In this document: positions 22,401 through 36,325 of the stretch, piece after piece
Layout: every line of letters starts with the position of its first letter
Numbering within the stretch: the first letter of the stretch is position 1
NCBI RefSeq assembly: GCF_009914755.1
Contig: NC_060930.1
DNA: 64,000 nucleotides
Source of the DNA: the human T2T-CHM13v2.0 reference genome, Homo sapiens
Direction: 5' to 3' (one strand)
Notes under the pieces: model-generated
Told to the model about the DNA's origin: nothing
The model's database searches: none
The model's input: only the letters and a program-made list of their open reading frames with translations
Translations under genes and position numbers: made by a program

Positions 22401-24336
22401 GATTTATTTATAACCAAAATCACCATCAAGATGATATATATCATTGCACTGACAGTAATCATAACTTCTAAGCTTGGTTTGTCATTAATAACCTGTAAGA
22501 CCTCTTGGCAGCTTAGTAACAATATAAATGCTATCAAGACTACAAAAATCACATAGGATTATATTCAGCAAAGTTTATTTTCAAAATTATAAAGTAATAT
22601 AAATTAACATATTTTTGCTATTATTATTTTTTCATGTCATAAAATAAACATCATCTTTAGTTTACATTCCAATTCACTCAGTTAAATAAAAATGTTTTGG
22701 AAGTTTTTCTCCAATGTTTGCTTACAAAAATAAGTTACCAAGTTCACAATGCAGACAGTCAAATTATCTTCCATTCCTACACAGTGAATCTGTTCTTTTA
22801 GGAAAAAAGAAAACGACAGGGAAGAAAAATATGTTCCTTGAAAATTCCTAATGAGATGTGCAATTCTTCTAGTTAATAAACAGAGCATTTGTGAAATTTA
22901 TTGCCTGTGCTGAGAAATACTATTAGAAACTGATTCAGGATATCAAAAAAATGATACATTTGCAAAAAGAACCCCAAATCTTTTTCAGAAGCAGGTGGAT
23001 TATTTAGGCAGGAAATACAGAGAGGAAGAACTTATTAGAAATAACATTGCATATATCTGAGGCAGGAAAAACTGATGAGGGAGTCACCCAATTTTATCAG
23101 ACAGAGTTTATCTCCATTCCACGTAGGTCTAGTCACTGGATGTTAATTATATGTGTGCCTTGTAATTGATCAGGAATCTAATCTTAAATGTTCAACATTA
23201 AGGAAAAAAGGAAATACACCTTCCTTTAAAGATGATAAAATGATTATATACTCATATGCCCTTACTCAGAAAATGCTTGGCCCACCTTATAGGGGAACTT
23301 AAAAGCCATTAAAGTATTTTAAAGTTTAATACTAAGTCTATTTTGGCTTCATTTTTCACATTAAAAATCCATTCTTCATTCACAAACCCATTCACAATGT
23401 ACAAACCCAAAGGCTTTCATATCGAGACATTATTTTACCAAGAATGTATTTTTGTGCTAGTTGGAGAGTTGTTACAGTCATCTATTTTTTTAAACTTTTT
23501 TTGTGTGAGTTCCTTTTCATGGTGAGAAACTAGTTATGAAATCTTTTATTCTCAAGTAATTGTGCTGAAGGTTGAGAAGCTTGTCTCAGCCACAAGATCT
23601 AGCCTTAGTCACAACTTGGCACAGAAAACCTTATGACCACTCTCTACTATGCATTGCCTCAACCACAACCCAAGGGGAATGGAATCTTCCACCTCCTAAA
23701 ATTTGGATCTATGACCATGGAACCCAGGGAAAAGAAGAGCTAAATCCTTCTTTAATATTAGTGTTACAAATATTTATATTGTTTTCCATAATAAGCGGCA
23801 TAAAGTAAAATTACAACATAAGAGTTTACAGTCATAATAGTTATATTGTAGAGGTAAAAAGTGAATCTCCAAGCTGCTCCTTATAACACACACATGCACA
23901 CCACACACACTCATATATATGTGAATATATACATATAGATCAGAGTAGAACAGTACTAAATCTGAGAAGAAAATTATTAAACTTAATAAAATTAAATCAG
24001 GAGAAAAAAGACTGAGAAAATATCCATCACACTAAAATCTGGATTGATCTTCAGCTCATTTGTCTATATAATATGACCCATTATCTAAGGGGCTAGGATA
24101 TTCTATTTGTACGCTATTTTCAAGCAAATGCCATTTTTACAAACTAAAATAGATTAGCTAGTAAATATCTGAATGCTGAATCTTACTGCTAGGCATTTAT
24201 CCAAAAGAATTGAAATCAGGATCTTGAAGAATATTAGCATTGGATGTTCACTGCAGCATTATCACAATAGCCAAAATGTGGAAATTACCTAAACTGTCGT
24301 CAACAAATGAATGTATTAAAAATGTGGTATATGCAT

Positions 24337-24580
24337 GTTTTCACTTATAAGTGGGAGCTGAATGATGAGAACACATGGACACACAGAAGGGAGCAACATA
24401 CACTGGGGCCTATTGGAGGATGGAGGGTGGGAGGAGGGAGAGGATCAGAAAAATAACTAATGGGCAGTAAGCTTGCTACCTGGGTGACAAAATAATCTAT
24501 ACAACACACCCCTATGAAACAAGTTTACCTATATAACAAATCTGCACATGTACCCTTGAACTTAAAAGTTAAATTTAAAT
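24337..24580 (+). mobile_element. 5'-truncated L1PA (about PA13-16) 3' end
   Basis: CACTTATAAGTGGGAGCTGAATGATGAGAACACATGGACAC...CTGCACATGTACCCTTGAACTTAAAAGTTAAA; diverged TSD AAATGTGGTATATGCAT (24320-24336) / AAATGTGGTGTATACGT (24581-24597). Confidence 0.9.
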
Positions 24581-24758
24581 AAATGTGGTGTATACGTCCA
24601 GTGAAATACTATGCAGCCTTAAAAATGAAGAAAATTTCTGCCATATGTGTCAACATGAATGAACCTTGAAGACATTGTGCTAAGTGAAATTAGCCAATCA
24701 CAGAAAGATAAATACTGCATGATTCCACTCATATGAGGTATATAAAATGGTCAAATTC

Positions 24759-24967
24759 CACAGCGAGGGGAACAACACACACTTGGGCCTGTCAGGGTGG
24801 GGAGGGCGGTGGGAGGAAGAGCATCAGGATAAATAGCTATGCATGGAGGGCTTAATACCTAGGTGATGGGTTGATAGGTGCAGCAAACCACATGTTTACC
24901 TATGTAACAAACTTGCACATCCTGCACATGTATCCTGGAACTTAAAATAAAATAAAATTTAAAAAAA
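24759..24967 (+). mobile_element. 5'-truncated L1PA (about PA8-10) 3' end, followed by extra sequence before its TSD
   Basis: GAGGGGAACAACACACAC..GGCTTAATACCTAGGTGATGGGTTGATAGGTGCAGCAAACCAC..CTGCACATGTATCC..A tail; TSD ATAAAATGGTCAAATTC at 24742-24758 and 25307-25323. Confidence 0.9.
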
Positions 24968-26344
24968 TTATAGTACATTTAATTATGAACCTTCATGAAG
25001 CCATCGCAAATAGTGGTGAAGTCAATTGCTAATGACTTGGAAAGACATCACTAAATGAACAAAATAGGTTCCAAAATGCCACATGCAGTCTGATCCCATT
25101 TATTAAAAAAAATCGAAATATACACGTATGGAAAGATAATGAAAAGATATATGCAAAAACTGTCTAATGCCATAATCTCTAGAGGTTGGATAACAAGTGA
25201 TACTTACTCCTTTCCCGGTGTCTACTTTTCAATAAAATTTCCATAATTAACATGTAATGCTGTTTTTGATAAGAAAATAAGAAAAGTATTTTTAAGAAAA
25301 AAATTAATAAAATGGTCAAATTCATATACTCTGGAATGGTGATTATCAAAAAATTATCCATTTTATCAAAAAATTAATAAATTTAATAAAATGGTCAAAT
25401 TCATATACTCTGGAATGGTGATTATCAGCGGCTGAGGGGAGGAAAAAATGGGAAATTGCTAATCAATGGGCATAAAGTTTTAGTCCAGCAAGATCAATAA
25501 GTTGTAGAGATGTGCTTTCAGCATTATGCTTAGTCAACAATAATGCATTGTACATTTAAAAATTTGTTAAAAGGGTAGATCTCATGTTAAGTGTTCTTGC
25601 CAATATAAAATTTAAAAACGATTTAAATGGTTATTAGCCACATATATCATATTATATTGATTAATTTGCTTAACAAATTAAAAAGAGAAAGTAAGTATGT
25701 TTATGTTGTACCACAAAGAACCTTGTTTTTCTTTCCAATTAAATGTATAAGAAAATTGTTAAAATCTATCCTTCCCTTTTACAAACTAGCATTGAATTAC
25801 CAGTGACTTATTAAATTTTTTTCCCTCAAGCATACAATTTTGCTTTTCTCATTTTCTTGTGGTTCATTTTACATTAGAACGAAATAAGTAATTAATTTTA
25901 AAAAGAAACCTATGAAGTTACAACAAATGATAAAAGTCTGTCTTAATATTTATCATGAATAATATTTTAAGAAAAAAACAACTCGCATTTTTGTCTGCTA
26001 ATCTTACTTTTGTGGAGCTGTTCAGATGTTAGTAACTTAGTAACATTCCAATTTTAATGCATTAAGAAGAAAGGTAAAAATGAAATAAAAATTAGAATGG
26101 TACACAGTAGTTTCTCTTTAGATGTTAAAGATAACTGAAGTTGTGCTTGAAGGTGTCTTGTATAAATTAGTGTACTCGCCTTTTTTCTTCTTATTTGAAT
26201 AACATAACCTTTATTCAAGTGCATTTTAGACAATTTAGAAAATACAGACAATTATAAATAAGAAAATAAAAATCACTTTTAAGGTAATTATCCAAAGATA
26301 AGTACTATTAATATTATGCATTCATGGCAGTAATATAATTTTAA

Positions 26345-26590
26345 TAACATTGAGCACTTACTCTGTACCAGTCACTCTCCTAATTATTTATATATATTTA
26401 ATCATTAGTTTACAAACCCTATCATTGTCTCCATTTCGCAAATGAGGAAATTAGGGCCCAGAAATGTTTAGTAGCTTGCTTAGGGTCAAGGATCACATCT
26501 CCAGTAAGTGGAAAAACTGGGATTTAAAACTGGGCTCTTTGAACTACACCAGAGATTGTGCTGGAGACATAACCACAACTGTACCACATG
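26345..26590 (-). mobile_element. MIR SINE
   Basis: ATTGAGCACTTACTCTGTACCAG..CTCCATTTCGCAAATGAGGAAATTAGGGCCCAGA..CTGGGATTTAAA. Confidence 0.75.
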
Positions 26591-29500
26591 AAGTCTTTTT
26601 CTGTGTGTAAAACATAAAAGGGCTATAATTTATAATGTACATACTGTTTTATAACCTGTTGTTTAATCCATGTAACATATTACAAATATCTTCTGACATT
26701 GTTAAATAATCTCTTATCACAGAAGGTGAAAAAGAAGCATTTTGACTTGCTAGAAATCTTGTGGTATGGCTGTTTCTGGCACGGGATGATTCAAGAAGCC
26801 TGAAACAAAGAACACTCTCTATTTTCTGACATGTATTCAAATCAAACAAACATCACCCTCTTTAGGCAAACAAGTTACCATAGCAGAACCGACCAATGGT
26901 CTGATCATTCCAATATCCTATTTCTGAAATTGTCCAATGCTGGCTATTTTAGCAGAAGACATAAAATCCCCCATAAAGTGCCTAATTGTGTGATACACTG
27001 TAGTAAGATGAGAATGTCCCCTTTGTCCAGCATCTTATCTTCTACCACCTAGAAACTTAAGAGGGAATCGTCCTTGAAATTTTATCTTACTGAAACTAGC
27101 AATGTGTGAAGATGTTATTTTACCACACACATATCCACTCGCATATACGCTAAAAGTGTAAAGAAATGAGTTTTATTCCTGTGTAGCTTAAGAAAGTCAG
27201 GAATTACTATAGCTATCTCTATCAATGTATAATACATAGAATATACATGCATAATTAATCCATTAGGACTATGCAAAAATATTTGTTAAGTAATGTAAAG
27301 CAGCAGTGTGATCAACAGGTAAACAGCATTTGATAGAGTAATCTTTTCCTCCATTAATAGTGTATCATAAAATACACTCTTTAGGAGAGATAACCAAAGG
27401 GCAATTATTGAATGGCAAAATTCACTGGGTAAGTTTCTACACAGTGCAAATCAGAAAATCAATGCAATGGTACATTTTATTTTATGAACTGCGATTATAT
27501 TATATTTGGATTTTCATGTGGTTCTAAAAATATCACTAGTATATTGGCATGCTAGCCAGGCAGACAGCAACATTTTAAAGAGGGCTCCAAAAAATAAATT
27601 ATTTGCTATCTTTCCTTTTTCTAATGAAAAAGGACATAAGAACATAAGAGACTTGTACCTTCCACTTACTGTCTCTTGGAATCCTTGCTCTTGGAGCTCT
27701 GAGCTGCTGTGCATAGGCAGCAGACAGAGAGTCATGTAGATATAGATGTATGATACCAGATCCATGAGCTTTGTGAGGTACAGTGATTATCTTTGACCAA
27801 TCTGACTACTAAAGGTTTCATGAAGAAGGCATTTATGCTATCTCTATACTGACTCTTTTCCAAAATTTCTCACCTGCTTGCCTTTGTTGCCATTCCCAGA
27901 AATGATTAGATGTTAGATATAGTCTGTGCCTAAGAATCGAATAAAAGTAATTCAGTCCAATAGTTATGAGGACCATTGCCTCATAACCTTGGGACTTTTT
28001 CCTGACCTAATCAGCTGCTAAGTACTCATCTCTGCTTCCCACAATAGCACAGATCTGTAGCTCCCGAAGAACACAGCTGTGCTTTATGAACTTTGTATTT
28101 GGAAAGCCTCACATGGTTCCTGGGACAGAGAACATTTTCAACACATTCTTATTGGAACAGTGCCTGACACATAGTAGGCCCTTGATGAATGCTGACTGAT
28201 GGAATATTTGAATGGATGAGTGAATATATTTAACCATTTACTGCATTTTTCTAATGTTATCCTTTACATTTCCATCTAGAATATACATATTTTAAAATCT
28301 ATTTCATAGAAGATATCATAATACAACATTGTAGTTTTACACCAAAAATACACCCACTAAAGACAATTCAGTCACAGCTAAAAAAATAATACACATTGGA
28401 TACTGATCAGTACTATTTATAAATTTTTCCTTGGGTAGGAAAAATGATGCTGCAACTGCTTCCAAATCAGCAACGTGTACAGTTGGTTCATCCAAGAAAC
28501 ATGAAAATATTATATGTTCTACAAGAACAAATAACTGGATTTTAAAAAAATTCAAGACATAAAATTTAAAGACATCCCACCAATTATCTTCCTCCTCATT
28601 ATTTTTAAATGGCCCCAGTCAGTGAGCAAGCATTTATAGAATTAATTCACCAAATATTCTCAACTTCTTCCAGCGTATCTGGGAGGCTGAGGAGAAGTCA
28701 TTCCAAGAGGTTGGTTTCCTTGTAAATCACAGATGATAAAACCTTCAGTCAATCATAACTTGTGTTTTAGTTTGTTTCAGCTAAAGGACATTAATACTTG
28801 TTATCTATCTCCTCAGGAAGACTGTAAAGAAAAGTAATTTCCAGAACCCACTTGCTCACTAATGTGAGCTCTACAAGTACAAAGCTCATACTTCATAATC
28901 ATTACCTAAGGGACAGATAGAGCTGAACTCAGGAAAGTTAAAGGAAATAAATTTTGAATTTTCCAAACTATCTTCCTATGGGCTTTGAAATCAAAGTTAA
29001 ATATTTTTCATTTACCACAGTTTTAAATTTAGCACAAATATCCAATGGGTTATATAATAGTATTGTACTTCAAATGAAAAACAAAAATGATAGATTTCTT
29101 TTATAATAATGATTACATAAGCTCTGGGGTTCCAAAAAGCCACAACAACTTATTATATAAGAATTCTTTGTCCTCAGTAGTCACTGAAATGCAGCACAAT
29201 TATAAATGGTATGTTTCTATAAGTTCCATACTTATGTACTATCTTAAAATGATTACATAAATATGGAGAGATTAAACCACAAGGTTTTTTGTGGTTGTTG
29301 TTGTTTCTATTGTAATTACATTTTTAGAATCTAATTACCATGCCAAAAGTGGTCTTTTCGAAGACACACTAAACACAGTATGAATCAGCTTTGAAAAGTG
29401 TGAAGTGGACCAAATGCAGTGGCTACTGCTTTTACTAGTGCAGGCTGAGGAAGACAAAAGGTTCAATCTATTGCTCTTTTTTGGAATTTCAGAATAATCA

Positions 29501-29619
29501 ATAAACCATTAGGTTTAAATGGAGAATTCAGAACTTCTTTAAAGATGTCATGGTACAGACACTAACTAAAGTCCCATCCTGAAATTTTGTCTATAAATTA
29601 TGCCTTTCTGATCAAGATC

Positions 29620-29650
29620 ATACTAAAATTGGAGTACTAACAGAGAAGAT
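29620..29650 (+). pseudogene. Possible tiny U6 snRNA-derived fragment
   Basis: ATACTAAAATTGGA-gtacta-ACAGAGAAGAT vs U6 ATACTAAAATTGGA-acgat-ACAGAGAAGAT. Confidence 0.45.
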
Positions 29651-31307
29651 CACACAGAAACCGGTAATGCCAAAAGGGGTTTTATTTTCTTCAAGGTTGT
29701 TCAATTCAGTCTCCTGTTCCTCACCAGCCTTGTCCTAGGAGAATTCACACTACTATGAATTTTTTTTAATGTGATTTGAATGCCAGATGGTATATCAGAG
29801 TTGATGCTAAATTTTTCTTTCAAAACACAGGCTCATTGGGAACACATTTTTTATTTCTAAAATTACAACTTGACAATTACTAGGTGCCACTTGTATTGGT
29901 ACTGTCATATCCTCCTAAGAAAGTTTTAAAAAATAAAAAGGAGATGGTTTTATGTACAAGAGTTGTGTTACTATTTTTTTTTTTAAGCAATCAGCCATTA
30001 ACCCTTGTGGGGGAAAACTGCTAAAAATATGTTGTAAACAATCTATTATTTAATTTGTTTCCCACTGTTACTCCTGATTGCACTATCAAGCAGCAGTGGA
30101 AAACTGGGGCTGGGAACCTAACAGTGCCCAATTCCGGGGAGTCGACCCTACTCAGTCTCTTTCTAGGTACACCAGGTACTCTTTCTGTCCCCTGTCAAAT
30201 GGGCTCTCATTCTCAGGCCCTATCCAGGGTAGGGCTGCCTGATGCTCCTTTTCTCTGGAGATGAAAGAAGTCTCATCACAGTTGGGTTCAGTCCCGCTTG
30301 CCCAGCCACTTAGTACAACTACTAGTTGGGGAGTGCATGATTTCAGAAATCTTTTCTTTGGAGCAAGCAGAAGGCTGATAAAAACAGACACACAACTATG
30401 TGCATTTCATGCAAGGAAGCCATCCAATCTCTGAAGAGAGTTTTTGTTTTGTATTCATACTAACAGTAATGTAGCACACCTAAGGACTTAAAGGGTAATT
30501 ACACTCAGTATTTATGCACCCGCAAGTTATTAGTGGCTGTAATGGAAAGAATAGGGAAGAAAGTCAAGTCAGTCATTAGTCTGACACATATTTATGAGGC
30601 TCAGTATTAAGCAGGGACTGAACCTCGGGTCATCTAGTTCCATTTCCCCCATTTGATGGGGTATTCGATTTGTAGATACAGGCAATGCCATGGAGATGGC
30701 AGAGAGTGATTTCTGCAAGGCATTAGTGAGCTCTTTGTAATGTCTAGACAGGATGAAGAAAGGTGGGCTGCCTACTGGGAAGATTGATAAGAATGTCTGA
30801 TAAATGGATGGTGCCACCAGGAAAAAGATCTGAAATGTCAGTCCTGGGGGCTCAGAGTTCAGCTCCTCCTCATTCAGCATTTGTTATCAGTTCCTTAAAT
30901 AAAGGCAAAAAGAGCTTCTAGATCAGCTTAATGTAAAGCTCTAGGGTCTTGAATTTGAAACTCTGCTTTGACACAGTCTGCACATTTCTGTTTTTTCACA
31001 CGTAAGAGAATAACAACACGGACATTATAGAGTTACTCTGAGGATGAAAGGAGATAAATGTTGGCACTAAGTGCACACTTTGCAACCCAAAGTATGTTCT
31101 AAAGAGCAAATCTCCATAGGACATAGACAGGAAAACTAGCTAATATGGTTTATAGCAAGATGAAAATTTAAAATGATCCCACATTTTAAAATAAAAAATG
31201 AAATAACATTTAAAGGGAATAAAGACATTGTTTAATTGTTAGTTTCATAAGAGCCAGTTCATTTTCATGTAATCAGTAACATCTATTGTAGCCCTTTGTA
31301 GACAATA

Positions 31308-31681
31308 GTATTTTTGTCCATTTTGTGGTGCTATAACAGAGAATCTCAGACTGGGTAATTTATAATGAATGGAAATTTATTTCTTACAGTTTTGGAAACT
31401 GGGAATTTTAGGATCAAGACTGTGGCGTCTGGTGTGGGCCTTCTTGCTGCGTTCTCACGTGGCAGAAGGTGGAAGGGCAAGAGAGGACAAAATGTTGTGT
31501 TCTCACATAGCAGAAGAATGAGAGAATCCACTCCTGCAAGCCCTTTTCATAGTGGCATTAATCCATTCAGCTTCTCTTAATGACCCAAACACCTCCCAAA
31601 AGTCCCCACTTCCCAACACCATTACATAGGGAATTAAGTTTCCAACACACAAATTCTGTGGGACATACTAAAACCACAGCA
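31308..31681 (-). mobile_element. MST-family (MSTC/D-like) ERVL-MaLR solo LTR
   Basis: TGCTATAACAGA..AGACTGGGTAATTTATAA..AAATTTATTTCTTACAGT..GGCATTAATCCATTCA..AATTAAGTTTCCAACAC..AAACCACAGCA. Confidence 0.85.
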
Positions 31682-31699
31682 GATGGATATTCAAAAAGT

Positions 31700-33200
31700 G
31701 TTCACTGAATGAATAAATGAATATTAAGGCATACATTCAAGTGCCAGAGTCATTTTCATAAGTACTGGGGTTATGAGAAAAGATAGCCCTTCCCTCAAGT
31801 TACTCATGGTTTGGTGGTGGACAGACATGTACAGTCATCCTTCAGTATCCACAGGGGATTTGTTCCAGGGCTTCCCGAAGATACCTGAGGATGCTCAAAT
31901 CTCTGATATAAAATTGCACAATATTTGCATATAACCTACCAATATCCTCCTGTATACTTTAAATCATCTCTAGATTACTTATAAGACCCAACATAATGTA
32001 AATGCTATATAAATCGCTTTATATTGTTTTGAAATTTGTATCATATTTTAGTATTGTATTGCTATTTTTTGTTTTTTTTTTTCCCAAATATTTTTGATCA
32101 AGTTTGGTTGAATCCACGGATGTGGAATCCATGGATACAGAGGGCTGACTGTACATTAATGATCATAATACAGTGTAAGAAGTGCTAAGGTAGAGAGGTG
32201 CACCGTGCACAGGAGCTCCACAAGTCCACAGGAGATGCACTTAACTCAACTCTTTGGAAGAGTAAGCCATGGGATAGAGGAGTGGTGTCTCTGAGCTGTA
32301 CAGGAGGTAGTCAAGTGAAGAGAGGGGAGAGAGGGAATGTCAGGAGTTTCAGGCAGAAGCAGCAGCCTAGGGCTCAGAGCAGGAGAAAGAGCACCAAGTG
32401 TTCAGGACACAGAGGCTGGTTCTCTATGACTATAACTTTAGAGTTTAAGATGGAAAGTGGTTTTACATGATATTGGAGACATAACCTGAAATAAGTCATA
32501 AAAAGTCTATGGACTAAACAACTAAGGAGGTTGAAAAGGATTTGGTGGGCAAAGGGGAGTCACTGAAGTCTTTGATTCAGGATAATTATTAATATTTGTT
32601 TCAGAAAGCTTAGCCTAGCTGCTGGGAATACATGAATTGCACCTAAGACCAGTCCTGAGACTGTTGTAGTAAAATGAGTAGGAAGTGACAAGGTCCTAAG
32701 CTAGGGAAGTTCATGGGGCAACTTAATTGTAAAAGTTAGGAGAGACCTGGATTGGTGATTATGTATTTGTGAATTATCTAAATATGGATAATAATACATA
32801 AGAGCATATAAAATCACTCAGTAAGTATGTGCACTGTATGAAAAGCTGACAGATACTACCTTGGAAAATGCCAACTCTGGGCTTTAAATAGTGAACTCAA
32901 AGAAGAGCCTGAGAAGAAGCAGAAAGAGGTTTCAGGACCCCAAAAGAAGAAAGAGCCTCAAACAGCCAACCAGGTCAAATGCTGCAGAGAGACTAATATA
33001 TTCAGGGCTTGGTGCCCAGGAGACCATCAATAGCCCCATGGAGACACACTTCAGGAGAATTTAGGTCAAAGGAGAAACCAAACTGTGGTACTTTCTGGAG
33101 TGCCTTGCAAGTGAGGAAGCATTGGCATGACACAAAGTTATGGAGATATTTTAAACTATGGAAAGAGCTGGATGAGAATATCCACCCAGAAGGGCAACCA
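31700..33200 (-). mobile_element. L2 relic interrupted by MER2
   Basis: Antisense L2 text before (CCCTCAAGTTACTCATGGTTTGGTGG) and after (ATAATACAGTGTAAGAAGTGCTAAG..GTCAAATGCTGCAGAGAG) the MER2. Confidence 0.65.
31832..32151. mobile_element. MER2 (TcMar-Tigger) DNA transposon
   Basis: TIRs CAGTCATCCTTCAGTATCCA / TGGATACAGAGGGCTGACTG with TA TSDs. Confidence 0.9.
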
Positions 33201-33329
33201 GGAGGGCACCTAATCTCAATAACGTGTTAAGGAGAAACACTTAAGGAGAAGCAGCTGCAGGAAATTTGGAATGTTTCAGATGATTGAAGATGTGATCACT
33301 TTGCTTGTCTCCAGGAGATGCCATTGGGA

Positions 33330-33883
<554 letters not shown>

Positions 33884-36199
33884 TGATCCTGAAACAATGT
33901 TAATACCATGCAATGTTATATCACTGATTATGTTTCACTAATGTTGGCTGAAATTGGTCAAAAAGTTTTTTGGAAATCCTTACAAAGATCAAATATCTAA
34001 TTCTTCTATGTATCTTTCTTTTTCTCTAAATTTTGAATAAATATCTAAAGGCGAGGATGTCTGTGCAATTGAGGATTACAGTTCTCTTATTGAATGGAGC
34101 TTAATATCATTAATATTATTACATAAGGTAATTACTTATGTAATAATGGTGAACACATAATTAACAAGGCACTAAAAACTTTTTTTTCAAACCCAGATAG
34201 CTGGCATCAGAACAAAATCACACACAAGAGCAAGATTTTATTCTGAGAGAGTGTGTGCCTACATTTTCTCATTCATTCTCTTTCTCATTGTTATGTACTC
34301 ACACACATTTAATAAGGTAAAATATATTTACAGAAAATAAGGGGAAAAATAAATTTGAATCAGAACTGTCTTCTCTAATGCCCCTTATTCATTTCAGATA
34401 TTTTATTAATCAATAAATTTTGTCTATGAAGTAATAATAAATGTCTTTTAAGTGAGTAGGCATTGATAGCAAGCACATTGAGTCCTCAGTAAACTCAGGC
34501 TCCCTTCTCCAAAAGAGATAAAGCACTTGACATAGGGTGAGGGTAATAAGACCAAAGATGGAGAAAGACTGTATTGACCATGGTAATCTTTAACTTGCCA
34601 CATTTACAGATGTATCAGATAGGTAGAGCTTCTTCCAAAGCAGAAACACTTATTCAAAGCTATATATAAGAAACTGACATATCTAGATACTGCTGCTTCA
34701 AACGTCAGATTGTTGTATAATAAGGTCATCTTTAGCCTGTGACCACAAATCTCCTAATATCTGAAATAACAACGTGGAGAATAACTGTGTAAAAGCATGC
34801 AAACTATATAGAAGGGAAGGAACTACTCAGGGCCATGTACAAGCAATTACTTCCTTAGTATTCTTAATGACAGTGCCCCTTGGTGCTCCATAAAGTAGGT
34901 CTACTGTGACGGAAGCTGAAATGATTGCTTTGAGACTGCCAGACCATATCCAAGTGGCTTCTTCACAGCTTGTACAATCTTCAGGGCTGCACCAAGTGGC
35001 AAATAAGATAGTCATAAGTGGAAGGGAGTTCAATTATTTGAACAGGCCCATGTGTATGTCCCACGGGTTTCTACTAGATTTGAAAGTTGCTCCTATTGTG
35101 AATCTATGCTTCAAGTAGCTAACCATACAGAATGTTCTAAAATAGGCAGCAATAATCAGCCAAACGGTCACCTATCTCTCAATGTAATGGCTGCTATTCT
35201 ACTCAGCACAGAAAACACACTCACAAAATTTACATTTCTTACTTTTTTTGAGTGCAAAAATAGCAGAAGTTCATCTCACTGTTCATAACTACTAGCTATA
35301 TTAACATTTTTACTCAACAAAGGCATGTTATGGCCCACTCTAAATATGGGTCCATGTCAACTATACTTCAATCTAATAAGCAGCAATATTTATAGAATGC
35401 CACGTCATAGAAGTAATCAGACCTCACACAACAGATTCACTGAGGATTATACCCATTTTTATATTGGTTTTGCCCTGGAAAAAAAAATCCTGGGGTATAA
35501 CTAATTAAATAAAGTTATTAACATGTCTATAGTACATATGTATACTTACTTATGAATTTTGCTGGTAAGTTCAGAATCAAAATGTATTCATCCATCTCCA
35601 TAACCAACATAGACTCATAAGTATAATCCATAGAAAGGAAAATAAATAATTTCAAATTAGTAATAGGATTTCTAAAATTCATGTGTGGATATATATTCCG
35701 AAAGATGTTGTTTTCCCACTATTCATTTTATCTTCAACATAATGCTAAAAATTCACACCCTGTAGGATGCTAATAAAAATATCTAGAGAGAAGATATAAT
35801 CACCCCTGTTAAAGTAAAGGGCACAGCCAACAGCAGGAATTTGTGAGCTTTGAAATCCAAAAGCTTTGCCAGGTAGAAAGAGTCAAAACAAATGATACTC
35901 AAGACGACAAGACAATGTAAATGAAAGCTCCTGCTTGTAAGTAAATGGAGGTGAAGCACGAAATCATGCATGTCTTAAAACCACAGACTCCAAATTTTAG
36001 AACAGAAAGGTAACACAAAGCTTCAGCCTATGCCAGAGTGCCTTCAGGAGCTTGGAGGATAACACTGAACACAAAGGTGAAAGTTGAAAGGGGGTCTTGC
36101 AGCAAAATGGGAGTACACGCTTCTCTGTAAAAACAAACAAGAAAAAATAAAAATAAAAACACCGTTCTGGATCAGAATCAGCAAATGGATCACCTCATT

Positions 36200-36325
36200 T
36201 CAATCACTGATCAGGTCCAGCCTCATCTCTTTATAGAGAGATGGACAGAGGCCCAGAGAGGCTAACGGACTTCCCCCAAATCACACAGCTAGCCCACAGC
36301 AGAGCTAGACATTTACTTCAATCAT
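36200..36325 (-). mobile_element. MIR/MIR3 fragment
   Basis: TTTATAGAGAGATGGACAGAGGCCCAGAGAGG..CAAATCACACAGCTAG. Confidence 0.6.

Larger units (their letters stand above)
24180..25620 (+). mobile_element. L1MA9-like 3' end hosting two nested L1PA insertions
   Basis: GAATTGAAATCAGGATCTTGAAGA...ACTGCAGCATTATCACAATAGCC...AGGGTAGATCTCATGTTAAGTGTTCTT; host sequence resumes after each insert. Confidence 0.85.

Noticed and set aside
28337-28555. Minus ORF with DEPT motif reminiscent of an ABC Walker B
   Set aside because: A four-residue match only; no surrounding ABC motifs and no splice donor.
34827-35118. Overlapping ORFs in unique sequence that might be an exon
   Set aside because: No consensus splice sites bounding the frames and no recognisable protein similarity.
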